Positions 1-11,306 are shown, numbered from the stretch's first letter. The stretch is DNA of 64,000 nucleotides from Parcubacteria group bacterium (GCA_041649615.1 JBAZMT010000001.1:26981-90980), one strand, 5' to 3'. A program made the numbers and translations. Notes: generated by a model from the letters alone, not told the origin.

Positions 1-180
1 CACATAGCTGCAATTGCGTATTGTGGCTTACTTAAAGGCCCTCATTATCCGAGAGACAGCGAACTAATGAAGCGCCTTTCGGATTTCAAGAAGGACCCGA
101 TAGTCAGGGAAAGAGGAACGATAGAGCTTGTTGTGAACTCTCTTAAAAGATACCGCTTGATGCATGAGGGTGATTTGTAA
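1..180 (+). CDS. hypothetical protein, 5'-truncated by window edge
   Basis: Frame +1 is open from base 1 (HIAAIAYCGLLKGPHYPRD...HEGDL) to TAA 178-180, which overlaps the next ATG (TAATG coupling). Confidence 0.5.
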   Translation, partial: HIAAIAYCGLLKGPHYPRDSELMKRLSDFKKDPIVRERGTIELVVNSLKRYRLMHEGDL

Positions 181-392
181 TGGATGTGAAAAAGCGGCGA
201 GACGAACTCGCGAGATACTATTACGGAGAGCCTTACAGTAACGTTTGTTGGTTGCGTCAGGGTATTATCGATAATCGGATAGACATGGAGATTACCGAAG
301 AGAGAGAACAGGCGGCAAAGAAAGCGAGAGAACAAAAGGCCGCAGACTCCGGCAACAGAAATAGGAAGTTTAACATCAGGAATTTCTTTTAA
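180..392 (+). CDS. small hypothetical protein
   Basis: 70-aa ORF coupled to the upstream stop and followed by a terminator. Confidence 0.5.
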   Translation: MDVKKRRDELARYYYGEPYSNVCWLRQGIIDNRIDMEITEEREQAAKKAREQKAADSGNRNRKFNIRNFF

Positions 393-408
393 AGAACCTC
401 CAAAACAC

Positions 409-436
409 ACCCGCGTAAAGGCGGGTCTTTTATTTT
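409..436 (+). terminator. intrinsic terminator
   Basis: ACCCGC-gtaaag-GCGGGT followed by a T-rich tract. Confidence 0.65.
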
Positions 437-454
437 GTATGTTACACTGATTTC

Positions 455-1633
455 ATGAGTGAAATTGTGGAGAAACAAGAACAAAAACAGGAAGAAATTA
501 AAAAGAAACCGAAAATTTGGATATTTTTGATTATTGGTTTAGTCATTTTGTTTATCGGAGGAATTTCATGGTTTTTGGGATCTCTTGTTATAGATAATTT
601 CTTAAAGTGGTCACCGCCGGAGAAGCTTCAAGAGACTTTGCCTCAGTCTATGATCGGGTCAAATTCAATTGATTTGTCTGCCGTTCAAGTGGAAAGAGGA
701 GAAAATATTGAGGGTTCAATTTATCCAGTAAAAGTTATCGGTCGAGCGGTCGGTGACCAAAAGGCCGATTTATTATCGAACGGCGATTTTATGTGCCAGC
801 CGGAGCTTTTCGACCCGAAAACTACCGTATTTTACAAAGTTAAACTTGAAAATCAGTCACCCTCGGAGCTTTACAAAGTGGAGTGGCCAGACGGAACGTC
901 CACCGAGAATATGATGATAGACGGCTGGTGGAACGGGGAGGGCTCAAATAAAATTAATCTTCCGGAGCCGTTTGATGTAATTGTTTATAATTTTGGTTGC
1001 ATTACCGGCTGGTCTCATGTTCTTGAGATAACTAAAGACGGGGAAAGATGGGCACTATATACACACGTTTATGATTATAATTTTTCCGATGACGGAAAAA
1101 CGCTATATTTAGTAAACGAGGTCAAACAGCAAGGTGGTTTTGCGATGCGTAGACGAATAATCGATATAGATACCAAAAAAGCGGGAGAAATACCGAACTT
1201 AGGTTGCGTATCTCCATGGCGTCCGGCTTTATGGAACGGAGACAGATTGTTAACTTATGCTGAACAAGAGTATGGCGTTGATTATCAGCATGATATTTGC
1301 ATTTGGGACAAATCCGCGAATTTAATTTCAAGGTTAAGTACAACGACTGCAAGAGGAGCCTCAAACGAAGGTTATTTAGCCGAACAGATAGGAGTTCTAC
1401 CAAATGACCCAAACATCTTTTATGCTTATACTCACAAGGATACGAATACTTGTTCGTTAGTCTTAGCGGATATTACCGAAACAAATTCTTACAAATCTAT
1501 AGATATTTTAAGTGATAGAGATTATCCCTCTTCTTACCATTGCGTTGCCCCGGAGGTGAAATTTGATTTTTCCGATGTTTATTTTGACCGAGGAATTCTC
1601 AAATACGAGATATGGTCCGAAGACAAGAAATAA
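455..1633 (+). CDS. membrane-anchored extracellular protein of unknown function
   Basis: 392 aa, single N-terminal TM helix (IWIFLIIGLVILFIGGISWFL), beta-rich C-terminal part. Confidence 0.75.
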   Translation: MSEIVEKQEQKQEEIKKKPKIWIFLIIGLVILFIGGISWFLGSLVIDNFLKWSPPEKLQETLPQSMIGSNSIDLSAVQVERGENIEGSIYPVKVIGRAVGDQKADLLSNGDFMCQPELFDPKTTVFYKVKLENQSPSELYKVEWPDGTSTENMMIDGWWNGEGSNKINLPEPFDVIVYNFGCITGWSHVLEITKDGERWALYTHVYDYNFSDDGKTLYLVNEVKQQGGFAMRRRIIDIDTKKAGEIPNLGCVSPWRPALWNGDRLLTYAEQEYGVDYQHDICIWDKSANLISRLSTTTARGASNEGYLAEQIGVLPNDPNIFYAYTHKDTNTCSLVLADITETNSYKSIDILSDRDYPSSYHCVAPEVKFDFSDVYFDRGILKYEIWSEDKK

Positions 1634-1634
1634 T

Positions 1635-3902
1635 TTAAAGTTTTTTCGCTTTAAGTCTTAGTGAGTTGCCGACAACCGAAACGCTGCTTCCGGCCATGGC
1701 AAGCCCCGCAAAAATAGGGTTCAAAACTATTCCCCAGAGCGGAAAAAGCAATCCGGCGGCGATGGGGATGCCTACCACGTTATAAATAAAGGCCCAGAAT
1801 AGATTTTGTTTTATCGTTCTTATGGTCGCGCGGGAAAGTTTCATCGCTTCGGCGAGTTTGACTATGTCTCCGTGAAGAAGAGTTATACCCGCCGATTCTA
1901 TGGCAACGTCCGTACCGGTCGCCATGGCGATTCCCACGTCCGATTGCATAAGCGCCGGCGCATCGTTAATTCCGTCTCCCACCATGGCCACTTTTCTGCC
2001 TTCACTCTGCAATTCTTTTATTTTTCCGGCCTTATCTCCCGGGAGGACGTCGGCTATCACTTCGCCGATTCCGGCAAGGTCTGCGATATAACGCGCGGCG
2101 GAATCGTTGTCTCCGGTGAGCATCACAATTCTAATTCCTTGCTTCTTGATTCGGGAAATGGTTTCTTTCGCTTCGGGTCTTAAAATATCGCTCAAGGCGA
2201 TCATGCCGACTTTTATGTCGTTCAATTCAACGATGACCGCGGTTTTGCCTTGCTTTTGCAAGCGGATCAAACGCTCATCAATATCTTTTTCCGTTGGTTT
2301 GTGGATATAGACGTTTTTTTTGCCGATCTTCGCTTTTATACCTATTCCTTCAAGCGCGTGAAAATCAGATTCCGCAACCAAAGAAAGGTTCTGTTTTGAA
2401 GCTTCGGCGACTATCGCTTCGGCCAAAGGATGTTCCGACATTTTTTCCGCGCTGCCGGCAAACTTTAAAATCTCATTCTTATTCAATGATTCATCCAAAA
2501 TTATCACGTCGGTTACTTCCGGCTTTCCTTTAGTGATGGTGCCGGTTTTGTCAAAGACTATCGTGTTCACTTTGCTTAAAATTTCCAGGGCTTCGGCGTT
2601 TTTAATTAAAATTCCGTATTCCGCGCCTTTGCCGACTCCGACGATAATAGCCGTTGGCGTTGCAAGACCCAAGGCGCAAGGACAGGCAATGACCAATACT
2701 CCCACAAAAGAGAAAATCGCATACGATAAGGCCGTTTCAAAACCGATCGCAGAAATGCCGAATACGAGCCAGAGAATAAAAGAACATACGGCAATGATAA
2801 GAACGGTGGGAACGAAAATACCGGAGATTCGGTCTGCTAAAGCCTGGATCGGCGCTTTGGAACCTTCCGCTTCTTCAACCATTTTTATAATCTGAGCAAG
2901 CATGGTGTCCGTGCCGACTTTCGTAGCTTTGAATCTAAAACTTCCTTGCTTGTTTATGGTCGCGCCGATGACCAAATCACCGGCCGTTTTATCGGTCGGG
3001 ATCGGTTCTCCCGTTATCATGGATTCATCAACGGAAGTGTTTCCTTCGGTTATCACTCCGTCGGTCGGAATTTTCTCTCCGGGTTTTACGATAATTATGT
3101 CTCCCACGACGACTTCGCTCACTGGAATTTGGATTTCCACTCCTTTGCGCACGACCAAAGCGGTTTTTGCCTGAAGACCGAGCAGTTTTTCAATGGCTTC
3201 GCCGGTTTTAAATTTGGAACGCGCTTCAAGATATTTACCGAGGCTCACGAATCCGATAACGACAATGATTACGTCAAAGTAAGTCGTTTCGGGAAGACCA
3301 AGAAGCATTCTTATTTGGGGGAAAAGAGTAATAATCGCGCTGTATAAGTACGCGGTAAAAGCGCCGATACCGATAAGAGTATCCATATTGGCTGCCCGAT
3401 ACCTTATAAATCTCACTACGCCCAAGAGAAACGGTTTGCCGATCCAGAATATGGTGACCGAAGAAAGACCCAAGAGAATTACGTTTATGACATCCATTGA
3501 GAGCGGAATAGAAGGCAAAAGGCTTAAAAATTGCGTGGCGATATCCCACATCATAAAAAGGAAAACGGCGGCTGCGACGGGGAAAATAAACCTGACTTTG
3601 GTTTTTTGTTTGGCTAATTCCTGTTCTTTTTGACTTTTGGTCATTCCGGCACCCGTATGTTTGCTGTGATCCTCGGAGCTCATATTCATTTCGGCAGGGG
3701 AGAGAACGTATCCGAGCTTTTCCATCTCGTTATTTATTTTTTCAACCGAAGTTTTCTCTGGATCATATTCAATGTGCGCTTTTTCGGCCGCGAAGCTGAC
3801 ATCAGCTTTTTCAATTCCTTCCATTTTTTTCAGCCGGGAAGAAATGATATTGGCGCAACTCGCGCAATGCATACCGCCTATCGTGAAATTTTGTTTTGCC
3901 AT
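1635..3902 (-). CDS. copA: copper-translocating P1B-type ATPase
   Basis: HMA motif [33 protein letters not shown] and MxxSS Cu(I) motifs. Confidence 0.95.
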   Translation of the reverse strand: MAKQNFTIGGMHCASCANIISSRLKKMEGIEKADVSFAAEKAHIEYDPEKTSVEKINNEMEKLGYVLSPAEMNMSSEDHSKHTGAGMTKSQKEQELAKQKTKVRFIFPVAAAVFLFMMWDIATQFLSLLPSIPLSMDVINVILLGLSSVTIFWIGKPFLLGVVRFIRYRAANMDTLIGIGAFTAYLYSAIITLFPQIRMLLGLPETTYFDVIIVVIGFVSLGKYLEARSKFKTGEAIEKLLGLQAKTALVVRKGVEIQIPVSEVVVGDIIIVKPGEKIPTDGVITEGNTSVDESMITGEPIPTDKTAGDLVIGATINKQGSFRFKATKVGTDTMLAQIIKMVEEAEGSKAPIQALADRISGIFVPTVLIIAVCSFILWLVFGISAIGFETALSYAIFSFVGVLVIACPCALGLATPTAIIVGVGKGAEYGILIKNAEALEILSKVNTIVFDKTGTITKGKPEVTDVIILDESLNKNEILKFAGSAEKMSEHPLAEAIVAEASKQNLSLVAESDFHALEGIGIKAKIGKKNVYIHKPTEKDIDERLIRLQKQGKTAVIVELNDIKVGMIALSDILRPEAKETISRIKKQGIRIVMLTGDNDSAARYIADLAGIGEVIADVLPGDKAGKIKELQSEGRKVAMVGDGINDAPALMQSDVGIAMATGTDVAIESAGITLLHGDIVKLAEAMKLSRATIRTIKQNLFWAFIYNVVGIPIAAGLLFPLWGIVLNPIFAGLAMAGSSVSVVGNSLRLKAKKL

Positions 3903-3908
3903 ATTTAT

Positions 3909-5249
3909 TTAATTTACCACTTTTAACGTTCCTCTCGGCACGCCCATCGCGCAGGTAATCTGGTAAGTACCCGTTTTATTCGGCGTGAATTCCATAACGA
4001 GCGTACGTCCTTTCTTTAAAGATAATGGTTTTTGCCAGAGTCCAGGGATCATTATGGTACTCATACATCCGTAGCTGTCGTCTTTTACGATTATTTCAAA
4101 CCTGACCGGCTTATTACCCACCTTTACTTCAAAGGAACTCGGCTGAATGTCGGACGCTCGCGAATAAACGGCCTTTATTGTTTGAATTTCCGAATCGGGT
4201 TTTAAGACTCTCGTTTGATTGTCTTTTCTCAAATTCCATTTTTCCACGATAAACCTCGTGATGCCGAATTGAAAATTAAGGTTATAAGCGACAAAGAAAA
4301 TTATGAGAATGCCCGCGATTTTAAGAAATTTTTCGGAAAGCTTTTCGTTACTTAAGAATTTAGTACTTGAGAAACTAATTATCAAAAGCGGAATTGCGGT
4401 TCCCAGCGCGAATAACATCATTATGAGAAATCCGCGAAGCGAACTGCCGGACAAAACGGCAAACCCTTCGGCTACGATCGTAAATCCGCAAGGAAGAAGA
4501 AAAGTCAAAAATCCGACAATAAAAGGCTCCATGGAATTAAATTGCTGGTTTTTAATTAGAAAACCGGAAAGCTTTTTTGGTAGAGCGATCCTGAATCGGT
4601 TGAAAGATTTGAGACCGATCATCTGAAACGCCAGAACGATCATTATTCCCGAAACGAGAACCACAAAGACCGAAGTTATCACGGGAGATATTTTGAATTT
4701 TTCTCCCAAAAATCCGAGCAAAAGCCCAAGCAAGGAGAAGGAGATGAGACGCCCGAAATTGAATAAGAAGTGGGGCTTACTTTTTTCCATCAGGCTGTTG
4801 CCCTTGCCGAAACGTCCGCTCCATTGTTTTGAAAGAGACAAAACCAATCCTCCGATCAAAGCGGCGCAACTGGATATTCCGGCAATAAGCCCGAAAATAA
4901 AGAAAGCGGAGAGGGAACTAGCCGAAGACAGATTGATGAGCGATGACAAACCGGAATTTACGATGACTAAAAATATCGCTATCGCTAAAACTGCTCCAAC
5001 GATTATTTTCCAGAGATCGTTATTTTCTTTCTTAAAGGCTTTTTCGGAGAATGTATATCCGTGACTCTTAAATTTTTCGTTTAGCGTTTCTACGTCCGGT
5101 TTTTCTTTTTCGTAGCCGATGTTGACCGATCCGCGGGAGAGCGAAGCATTGGCAAACGTCACGCCGGTAATGGAAAGAAGCTCGCGTTCAATCAATATTT
5201 CACAGGAAGCGCAGCGCATGCCTTTCACGTAATAAGTATGTTTCATCAT
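3909..5249 (-). CDS. HMA + DsbD_2/TauE-like membrane domain + C-terminal cupredoxin-like domain protein
   Basis: N-terminal GMRCASC, multi-TM core with LPCG, C-terminal GC...TCAMG; lies in the copper operon. Confidence 0.85.
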   Translation of the reverse strand: MMKHTYYVKGMRCASCEILIERELLSITGVTFANASLSRGSVNIGYEKEKPDVETLNEKFKSHGYTFSEKAFKKENNDLWKIIVGAVLAIAIFLVIVNSGLSSLINLSSASSLSAFFIFGLIAGISSCAALIGGLVLSLSKQWSGRFGKGNSLMEKSKPHFLFNFGRLISFSLLGLLLGFLGEKFKISPVITSVFVVLVSGIMIVLAFQMIGLKSFNRFRIALPKKLSGFLIKNQQFNSMEPFIVGFLTFLLPCGFTIVAEGFAVLSGSSLRGFLIMMLFALGTAIPLLIISFSSTKFLSNEKLSEKFLKIAGILIIFFVAYNLNFQFGITRFIVEKWNLRKDNQTRVLKPDSEIQTIKAVYSRASDIQPSSFEVKVGNKPVRFEIIVKDDSYGCMSTIMIPGLWQKPLSLKKGRTLVMEFTPNKTGTYQITCAMGVPRGTLKVVN

Positions 5250-5250
5250 A

Positions 5251-5523
5251 TTAGCGATTAAACATTTTGGTTACGGAGAGAATCTCCTTGGTCATCTCGG
5301 CTTTCTTATTTTCGTTTTTGGTCGCCATGGCGTCTTTGAAGCAGCTGTTCAGGTGGCCTTCCATAAGCATCTGGTGGGCCGACCTCAAAAGGCCGATCAC
5401 CGCGAGATTCTGCTGCATGATGTCTATGCAGTAAGTGTCTTTTTTCGCCATTTCTATGATTTTCGTGAGATGACTCTGCGCTTTTTTGAAATTGGTTAAA
5501 GTTTTTTCTTTGCTTAAGTTCAT
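5251..5523 (-). CDS. csoR: CsoR/RcnR family metal-sensing repressor
   Basis: 90 aa with YCIDIMQQ...HLNSC (Cys, His, Cys ligands), first gene of the copper operon. Confidence 0.9.
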   Translation of the reverse strand: MNLSKEKTLTNFKKAQSHLTKIIEMAKKDTYCIDIMQQNLAVIGLLRSAHQMLMEGHLNSCFKDAMATKNENKKAEMTKEILSVTKMFNR

Positions 5524-5552
5524 AATTTCATTAACTTTGGTTTTTTAATTAC

Positions 5553-5575
5553 GACCTATACCTGAGGTATAGGTC
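5553..5575. promoter_or_regulatory. putative CsoR operator
   Basis: Perfect inverted repeat GACCTATACC-tga-GGTATAGGTC directly downstream of the -10 box of the csoR promoter. Confidence 0.8.
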
Positions 5576-5576
5576 T

Positions 5577-5604
5577 ATTTTAAGCTTCGGATAGCGGCTG
5601 TCAA
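5577..5604 (-). promoter_or_regulatory. sigma70 promoter of the copper operon
   Basis: TTGACA-N16-TAAAAT on the minus strand. Confidence 0.7.
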
Positions 5605-5680
5605 TGGTAATAATCTTTTGCTTCGGATTCGGCTTTGGAGTTAGAATCCACAGGTGCTGTCTTTTACAAAATAATTTGGT

Positions 5681-6901
5681 ATGAACGATAAAAAAAGGAA
5701 GACGAGGCAGCTAGCGACTATACTTTTCACTAATCTCATCAGCGTCATAGGAATGAGCGTGGTGATACCCATATTGCCTTTCTACGTTGAATCTTTGGGA
5801 GCGAGTCCGATAATAGTTACGGCTCTTTTTTCAGTCTTTTCAATCTGTTCCTTCGTGAGCGCGCCTTATTTGGGTTCGCTCTCTGAAAAATTAGGCAGAA
5901 AGCCCGTGCTTATGGCAAGCATTGCGTCCACTTCCGTAGGCTGGTTCGTTTTTGCCATCGCTAGAAATCCGATCTTGCTTTTTGTCGGACGAATAATAGA
6001 CGGTTTGGCGGCGGGGGATTTTTCCATAGCCCAAAACATATTAGGAGACATAGCCGAAGACGAAAAAGAAAGGAAAAAATTTTTTGGCTTTTTCGGCGCC
6101 ACTTTTGCCGCCGGATTCATATTGGGACCCGTTTTAGGAGGTCTTCTTGCGGAATATTCGCCTTCGGCGCCTTTTTTCATCGTATCGGGACTTGCCGTTT
6201 TGAATCTCATTATGGTCCATTTCGTGATTCCCGAAACTAATATGCACGCGGACAAGCAAAAGAAAGTGGAGTTAAATCCCATTAATCCGATTTTAAAAGC
6301 CGCAAAAGACAGAGAATTACGCAAAGTGATGCTTTCCTGGTTCTTCTTCATGATGAGCGTTTCGGGGGTGCAGTCCGTGGCGTCTCTTTATATGAAAGAG
6401 CGTTTTATGTTGAGGCCCATGTTCATAGGACTTGCAATGGTTGTGGGGAGCGTAATAGTCATCTTAAACCAGATTTTCGGAATGAAATTTTGGACGGCCA
6501 GCCGTAAGGACGAACTCGTGGAGCGCGGAATGCTTTTAGTCGCTTCCATCGGGTATTTTCTGATTATCGGAAATATTTTCATTGCCGTACTCGGCGCTTT
6601 GATCTGCACCATTACCGAAAGCACTTTGAGAGCATTTTTTTCCGAGAGAATATTTTCCAGGGCGAAACCCGGCGAGCAAGGGGAGATAATCGGAACTCAG
6701 TCGTCTTTGATGTCTCTCGCTTTCGCCATTATGCCGATGTTTGCCGGGCTCGCGTTCATAAACCACAAATCGCTGCCGTTTATAGCTAGTTCAATCTTAA
6801 CTTTTGTCGCTTTTACCATATCCACTAAATTTCTACCGAAAGAATTTCCAAGCAAAGTTCAGCCTGAAAATCTGAATGCCGATGAACTCTCCGGTTTTTA
6901 G
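5681..6901 (+). CDS. MFS transporter (TetA/DHA1-like)
   Basis: About 12 TM helices, motif A GSLSEKLGRKP, motif C GFILGPVLGG. Confidence 0.9.
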   Translation: MNDKKRKTRQLATILFTNLISVIGMSVVIPILPFYVESLGASPIIVTALFSVFSICSFVSAPYLGSLSEKLGRKPVLMASIASTSVGWFVFAIARNPILLFVGRIIDGLAAGDFSIAQNILGDIAEDEKERKKFFGFFGATFAAGFILGPVLGGLLAEYSPSAPFFIVSGLAVLNLIMVHFVIPETNMHADKQKKVELNPINPILKAAKDRELRKVMLSWFFFMMSVSGVQSVASLYMKERFMLRPMFIGLAMVVGSVIVILNQIFGMKFWTASRKDELVERGMLLVASIGYFLIIGNIFIAVLGALICTITESTLRAFFSERIFSRAKPGEQGEIIGTQSSLMSLAFAIMPMFAGLAFINHKSLPFIASSILTFVAFTISTKFLPKEFPSKVQPENLNADELSGF

Positions 6902-6904
6902 AGA

Positions 6905-7138
6905 TTATTTGGCTAAAAATTCAAACAATTGGTAAACCAAAAATGCCGGCCAGGCGAGAGCTTTAAGAAATCCCAGAACGCCGAACCAAAAACTCGTAGC
7001 TTCACCGATGAAATAAACGGCCGCTCCGATAAGACCTATGCCGTAAACGGCTCCGCCGCAACCGCACTTCGGTTTATTGCACTTTTCCCCTTCGGTCTTT
7101 TTACCGAATTTTTTAAAACAATCGGAAAGTTTGTACAT
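6905..7138 (-). CDS. small membrane protein
   Basis: 77 aa, Cys-rich N-terminus plus hydrophobic helices; TATAAT 6 nt before the ATG. Confidence 0.7.
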   Translation of the reverse strand: MYKLSDCFKKFGKKTEGEKCNKPKCGCGGAVYGIGLIGAAVYFIGEATSFWFGVLGFLKALAWPAFLVYQLFEFLAK

Positions 7139-7176
7139 AAATTAATTATAACAGGGTTTTATGATATAATAGCCTG

Positions 7177-7596
7177 ATGGAAAAGAAAGTATATACGTGG
7201 CTTGCAGTGTTAATTTCCGCGTTTATCGGCGGTCCGTTCGGCGGAATTTATATGTTGAGCCAGAATTACAAAACGCTAGGCAAGGATGACCTCGCTAAAA
7301 AGTGGTTGCTCTTCGGAAGTTTGGCGATCGTCGGTTTTCTTGTCGTAATGTCGCTCCTGCCCGCGTCTTTCACGAGCCCCACGGCCGGAGCCGCGGCTTC
7401 TAGCGCGATCGCCATCGGACTCGGTCTTACCGCGAAGCAAAAACAGGATAAAGAAATCAAAGAAATCCTTGCCGCGGGCGGAAGGAAACAATCCGTCGGA
7501 AAAATCATAGGGATTAACGTACTCTCAATACTCATAACGCTCGTGTTAACTCTCGTTGTTACCGGAATTTTTGCGCTAATCGGATTAAATAAATAA
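7177..7596 (+). CDS. hypothetical membrane protein
   Basis: 139 aa, about 4 TM helices; TGnTATAAT 6 nt before the ATG. Confidence 0.75.
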   Translation: MEKKVYTWLAVLISAFIGGPFGGIYMLSQNYKTLGKDDLAKKWLLFGSLAIVGFLVVMSLLPASFTSPTAGAAASSAIAIGLGLTAKQKQDKEIKEILAAGGRKQSVGKIIGINVLSILITLVLTLVVTGIFALIGLNK

Positions 7597-7611
7597 TTTT
7601 TATGAGGCAGG

Positions 7612-7642
7612 AAAAAAACTCGCTAAGTTGAGCGATTTTTTT
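7612..7642. terminator. bidirectional terminator
   Basis: A-tract, TCGCT-aagttg-AGCGA, T-tract between convergent genes. Confidence 0.6.
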
Positions 7643-7657
7643 ATAGGCTATTTGTTT

Positions 7658-8881
7658 TTATTCATATCTCAAGGCTTCAATCGGATTTAGCGCTCCGGCT
7701 CGCCGAGCCGGATAGTAACCGAACGTAATACCGATAGCCGCCGAAACGCCAAAGGCGAGAAGAATGGAAGAGAGGGATATTTTAACGGGAACGATACCCG
7801 AAGAGCCGATAATTAAGGAAACAACGCAACCGAGAGCGACGCCGATCGTGCCGCCTAGAAGCGTGAGCACGATGGATTCAAATAGGAATTGCTTATTGAT
7901 ATCGCCTTTCTTTGCCCCCAATGCCTTCCTGAGACCGATTTCTCTGGTCCTTTCGGTAACGGTCGTGAGCATCATATTCATTATTCCGATGCCGCCGACA
8001 AGGAGCGAAATGCCCGCGATAGCGGCCAAAAGGAGGGTCAGGGTGTCCATAACGTCTGAAACCATATCCACGAGCTCCGCTTGGTTCATAACCGTAAAAT
8101 CGGCGGAATCGGGGTCTTTTATATTGTGTGCTTTTAACAGAATTTCGGTAACTTTTTCTTGAACGGCGGGCATAACGTTCGCCGAAGCGGCGGCGATGCC
8201 GATAGTTGAAAGATTTTCGCTGCCGACGAGAATTCGCTGCGCGGTTGAAAGGGGAACATAGATAATATCGTCCTGATTGAGCATTCCGCTGGAACCTTTA
8301 CTTTCCGTAACGCCTACGACTTTGAATTTCGTTCCGCGGATTTTCACGGTTTCGCCCACGGGGTTAACGTCCTCGCCGAATAAATCTTTAGCGGTTGTAG
8401 GTCCAAGCACGGCGATTTTGGAATAATTGGCTACGTTTTGTTCCGAAATGAAATCCCCGTATCGCATTTCCACGTTTCTCACAACCGCATATTCCGCACC
8501 GGTCCCCACAACCGAAGTATTCGTGTTACTGCCTCCGGCGGTAATCTGATATCTACTCGTAACTACGCCCGTTACGCCTATTACGTTTTTAAGCTCACTT
8601 TGCAATTTTTCAAGATCGCTCATTTTAAGCGAATCGGCCGAACCAAGCCCTGAGGAAACACGCGAACCGGAAGTCGTGAGCGCGCCTGGCATGACGGTAA
8701 TGAGATTTGAACCGATTGACTCTATTTGCGAAGTGATGGAATTTTCCGCTCCGTTGCCGATCGAGACCATGGTGATTACGGAGCTGATGCCGATAACGAT
8801 ACCTAAAATAGTGAGTCCCGAGCGGGACTTGTTTCGCTTTAAGGCGACAGTTGTTTCTTCCAAAATGTCAGACAGCTTCAT
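7658..8881 (-). CDS. MacB/FtsX-family ABC transporter permease
   Basis: RSGLTILGIVIGI, GGIGIMNMM...ERTREIGLRKALGA, PIEALRYE. Confidence 0.93.
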   Translation of the reverse strand: MKLSDILEETTVALKRNKSRSGLTILGIVIGISSVITMVSIGNGAENSITSQIESIGSNLITVMPGALTTSGSRVSSGLGSADSLKMSDLEKLQSELKNVIGVTGVVTSRYQITAGGSNTNTSVVGTGAEYAVVRNVEMRYGDFISEQNVANYSKIAVLGPTTAKDLFGEDVNPVGETVKIRGTKFKVVGVTESKGSSGMLNQDDIIYVPLSTAQRILVGSENLSTIGIAAASANVMPAVQEKVTEILLKAHNIKDPDSADFTVMNQAELVDMVSDVMDTLTLLLAAIAGISLLVGGIGIMNMMLTTVTERTREIGLRKALGAKKGDINKQFLFESIVLTLLGGTIGVALGCVVSLIIGSSGIVPVKISLSSILLAFGVSAAIGITFGYYPARRAGALNPIEALRYE

Positions 8882-8892
8882 TGAATTTCAAT

Positions 8893-9627
8893 TTAAAATT
8901 TATAATTTTCAATTTCCATTAAATTCTCAATTTCTAATTTTCTTTTTCCATTCACCGGAGCGTCGCTCACGAGGCCGTCTTTAATGTGAATGATCCGGTC
9001 GGCGTAGGCGGCCACTTCCGCTTCGTGAGTGATGACGACTATGGTTCTTTTTTCCTGCGTGTTCAGACGGCGGAAAATATTCATAACCGTTTCGCCGGAA
9101 ACGGAATCAAGATTTCCGGTCGGCTCATCGGCCAAAATAATACTCGGGTTATTAACCAGAGCGCGGGCGATGGCGACCCGCTGCATTTGTCCTCCGGAAA
9201 GCTGATTTGAAGAGTGATGAAAATATTCTTCGCCAAGTCCCACGGATTCCAAACACTTTTTAGCACGTTCAATCCGCTTGTCTTTTTTTTCGTCGGTATA
9301 AACCAAAGGAAGGGAAACGTTTTCTACGGTTGAAGTACGGGGAAGGAGATTGAAAGACTGAAAAACGAAACCGATTCTTTCTCTTCTTATTTCAGCGAGC
9401 TTATCATCGGGCAGTTCCGAAACGTCCGCGCCGTCCAAGAAATATTTGCCTTCAGTGGGACTATCAAGACAACCCAAGATGTGCATGATGGTTGATTTTC
9501 CGGAGCCCGAAGGACCCATAATGGCGACGAATTCGCCGTCGTTCACGCTAAAGCTTATGCCTTTTAGAACTTCGGTTGAAACGTCTCCCGTCAGATATGT
9601 TTTTTTGACGTCTTTGACTTCTATCAT
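8893..9627 (-). CDS. ABC transporter ATP-binding protein (MacB/LolD-like)
   Basis: [24 protein letters not shown]; C-terminus extended by a heptamer-repeat tract. Confidence 0.93.
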   Translation of the reverse strand: MIEVKDVKKTYLTGDVSTEVLKGISFSVNDGEFVAIMGPSGSGKSTIMHILGCLDSPTEGKYFLDGADVSELPDDKLAEIRRERIGFVFQSFNLLPRTSTVENVSLPLVYTDEKKDKRIERAKKCLESVGLGEEYFHHSSNQLSGGQMQRVAIARALVNNPSIILADEPTGNLDSVSGETVMNIFRRLNTQEKRTIVVITHEAEVAAYADRIIHIKDGLVSDAPVNGKRKLEIENLMEIENYKF

Positions 9628-11306
9628 CTCATTCTCGGCGCGCTTCCGCCGTTACTGCCAAACATCATTACATTGCGGTTGCTTCCAGAAGCAGATTCGC
9701 TTGCGCGGCTCGCGGAAGAAGAATTGCCTGAAACTGTTCTTTCAATGACAACATCTCCTTCGTTTAGTCCCGAAATTATTTCAACGTAATCGTCATTTTG
9801 GATTCCGATCGTGACCGGGACATTTTCCGGAACGGTTGAAAGCGCCACGGCTACCGAAGCCAATTTGGACGGGGGATTTTTAACGACCGAAACATAACTT
9901 TTGCCGCCTTGCGTTTTAACGGCGCTCGCGGGCACCAAGAGAATGTTTGCTTTGGTTTCGGTGAATATGGTGGCATTCACGTTCATACCCGATCTAATTT
10001 GCTCGTTTTCCACGTCAAAAGCGATTTTTGCGCCATAGGTAACGACTCCCTGCGAGGAAGATCCTACGGCGTCAACTTCGGTGACGATACCGGTAATGGT
10101 TACGTTATCAACTGCGTCAAAATCAAGAACGGCTTTTTCTCCGGTTTTGACCTTTGCGACATCAACTTCGTTTAAGGAAATTTCGGCAATACTTTTATCG
10201 GTTACGATGGTCGCGATGGAAGAACCGGAAGAAACGGAATCGGAAGAAACCGAGTCGGCGTTTTTAATATTCATTTTGGCGACCGTGCCGTCAAAAGGGG
10301 CGCGAATGTAATAGTCGCCCAATTTTTCCTTGGCGTCGGTTAAGGCGTTTTCTCTTTGAGTGAGGGAAATTTTGGCGGTCAAGGGATCCAGTGCGTCGCG
10401 AAGAGCGCTTTTGCGGGCAGAGAGTTCGGAAAGGCGGGAATTAAGAGCGGAGATGTAGCCGTCAACGGTTCTCAAGTCTTCCGTGATGGAAGCGGGGACG
10501 GTCTCGTTTCGATTGTTGAAATCGTCGCGAACGACGGTAAGGAAAACACGAGCACTTTCCGCCGTATCAAAGACGGCTTTGACGAGATTATAGGACGATG
10601 CGAGAGAAGAAAGCAGTTCATCGTGATCATCGCCTTGAAGAACGACTTTAGCCGAAGCTGACTTATAAAGTGAAACGGCGTTCAAGTAATTTTCATCGGC
10701 GAGCAAGGCGGCCGATGAAGCTTTATCCCGGCTGTTTTGAGTAAGACTTTTATAGTAATTGAAATTAGTCATGTATGAATAACCTCTGTCGTTTTCATAC
10801 ATTAGGTCGTCAAGATCTGATATGGTATCCGACATGGCCACAAGGGAACTAGAAACGGAATCGCGACTATTTATAATTTCACGGTTAAGCGAATCTTCGG
10901 TTGCTCTTGTTGTTTTTTCATAACTTAATCTTGCGTTCTCCAGATTAAGCTCTGCATCCCGAACGGCTTTTGCCGCGTTCTCATCGTCTATGCGGGCGAT
11001 AAGCTGCCCCTTTTCTACTTTGTCGCCGACTTTTACGCCGACGTAGACCACATCGCCCGAGACTTTTGGTTTGATGTCCACCTGGCTTTCGGCGATTACC
11101 GTTCCGCTGCCGGAGACGCTTGAAGAAATATTGTCTTTTATCGCGGCGGCCAAAACGTATTTGGTTTCATTCTTTCCTTGAGAAACTAGTTTAACTATGA
11201 CTATGACGGCGATAACGACCGCAAGGGCGATCATGATAGAAATGACCTTATGAGCCTTCATGAATCTACGAACGGCGTTTATAGCCAGTTTTATTTTTTC
11301 TTTCAT
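9624..11306 (-). CDS. efflux periplasmic adaptor (MacA/HlyD-like)
   Basis: N-terminal TM, lipoyl halves (VKVGDKVEKGQLI; IRAPFDGTV), long coiled coil; ATG 11306 preferred over TTG 11327. Confidence 0.88.
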   Translation of the reverse strand: MKEKIKLAINAVRRFMKAHKVISIMIALAVVIAVIVIVKLVSQGKNETKYVLAAAIKDNISSSVSGSGTVIAESQVDIKPKVSGDVVYVGVKVGDKVEKGQLIARIDDENAAKAVRDAELNLENARLSYEKTTRATEDSLNREIINSRDSVSSSLVAMSDTISDLDDLMYENDRGYSYMTNFNYYKSLTQNSRDKASSAALLADENYLNAVSLYKSASAKVVLQGDDHDELLSSLASSYNLVKAVFDTAESARVFLTVVRDDFNNRNETVPASITEDLRTVDGYISALNSRLSELSARKSALRDALDPLTAKISLTQRENALTDAKEKLGDYYIRAPFDGTVAKMNIKNADSVSSDSVSSGSSIATIVTDKSIAEISLNEVDVAKVKTGEKAVLDFDAVDNVTITGIVTEVDAVGSSSQGVVTYGAKIAFDVENEQIRSGMNVNATIFTETKANILLVPASAVKTQGGKSYVSVVKNPPSKLASVAVALSTVPENVPVTIGIQNDDYVEIISGLNEGDVVIERTVSGNSSSASRASESASGSNRNVMMFGSNGGSAPRMR

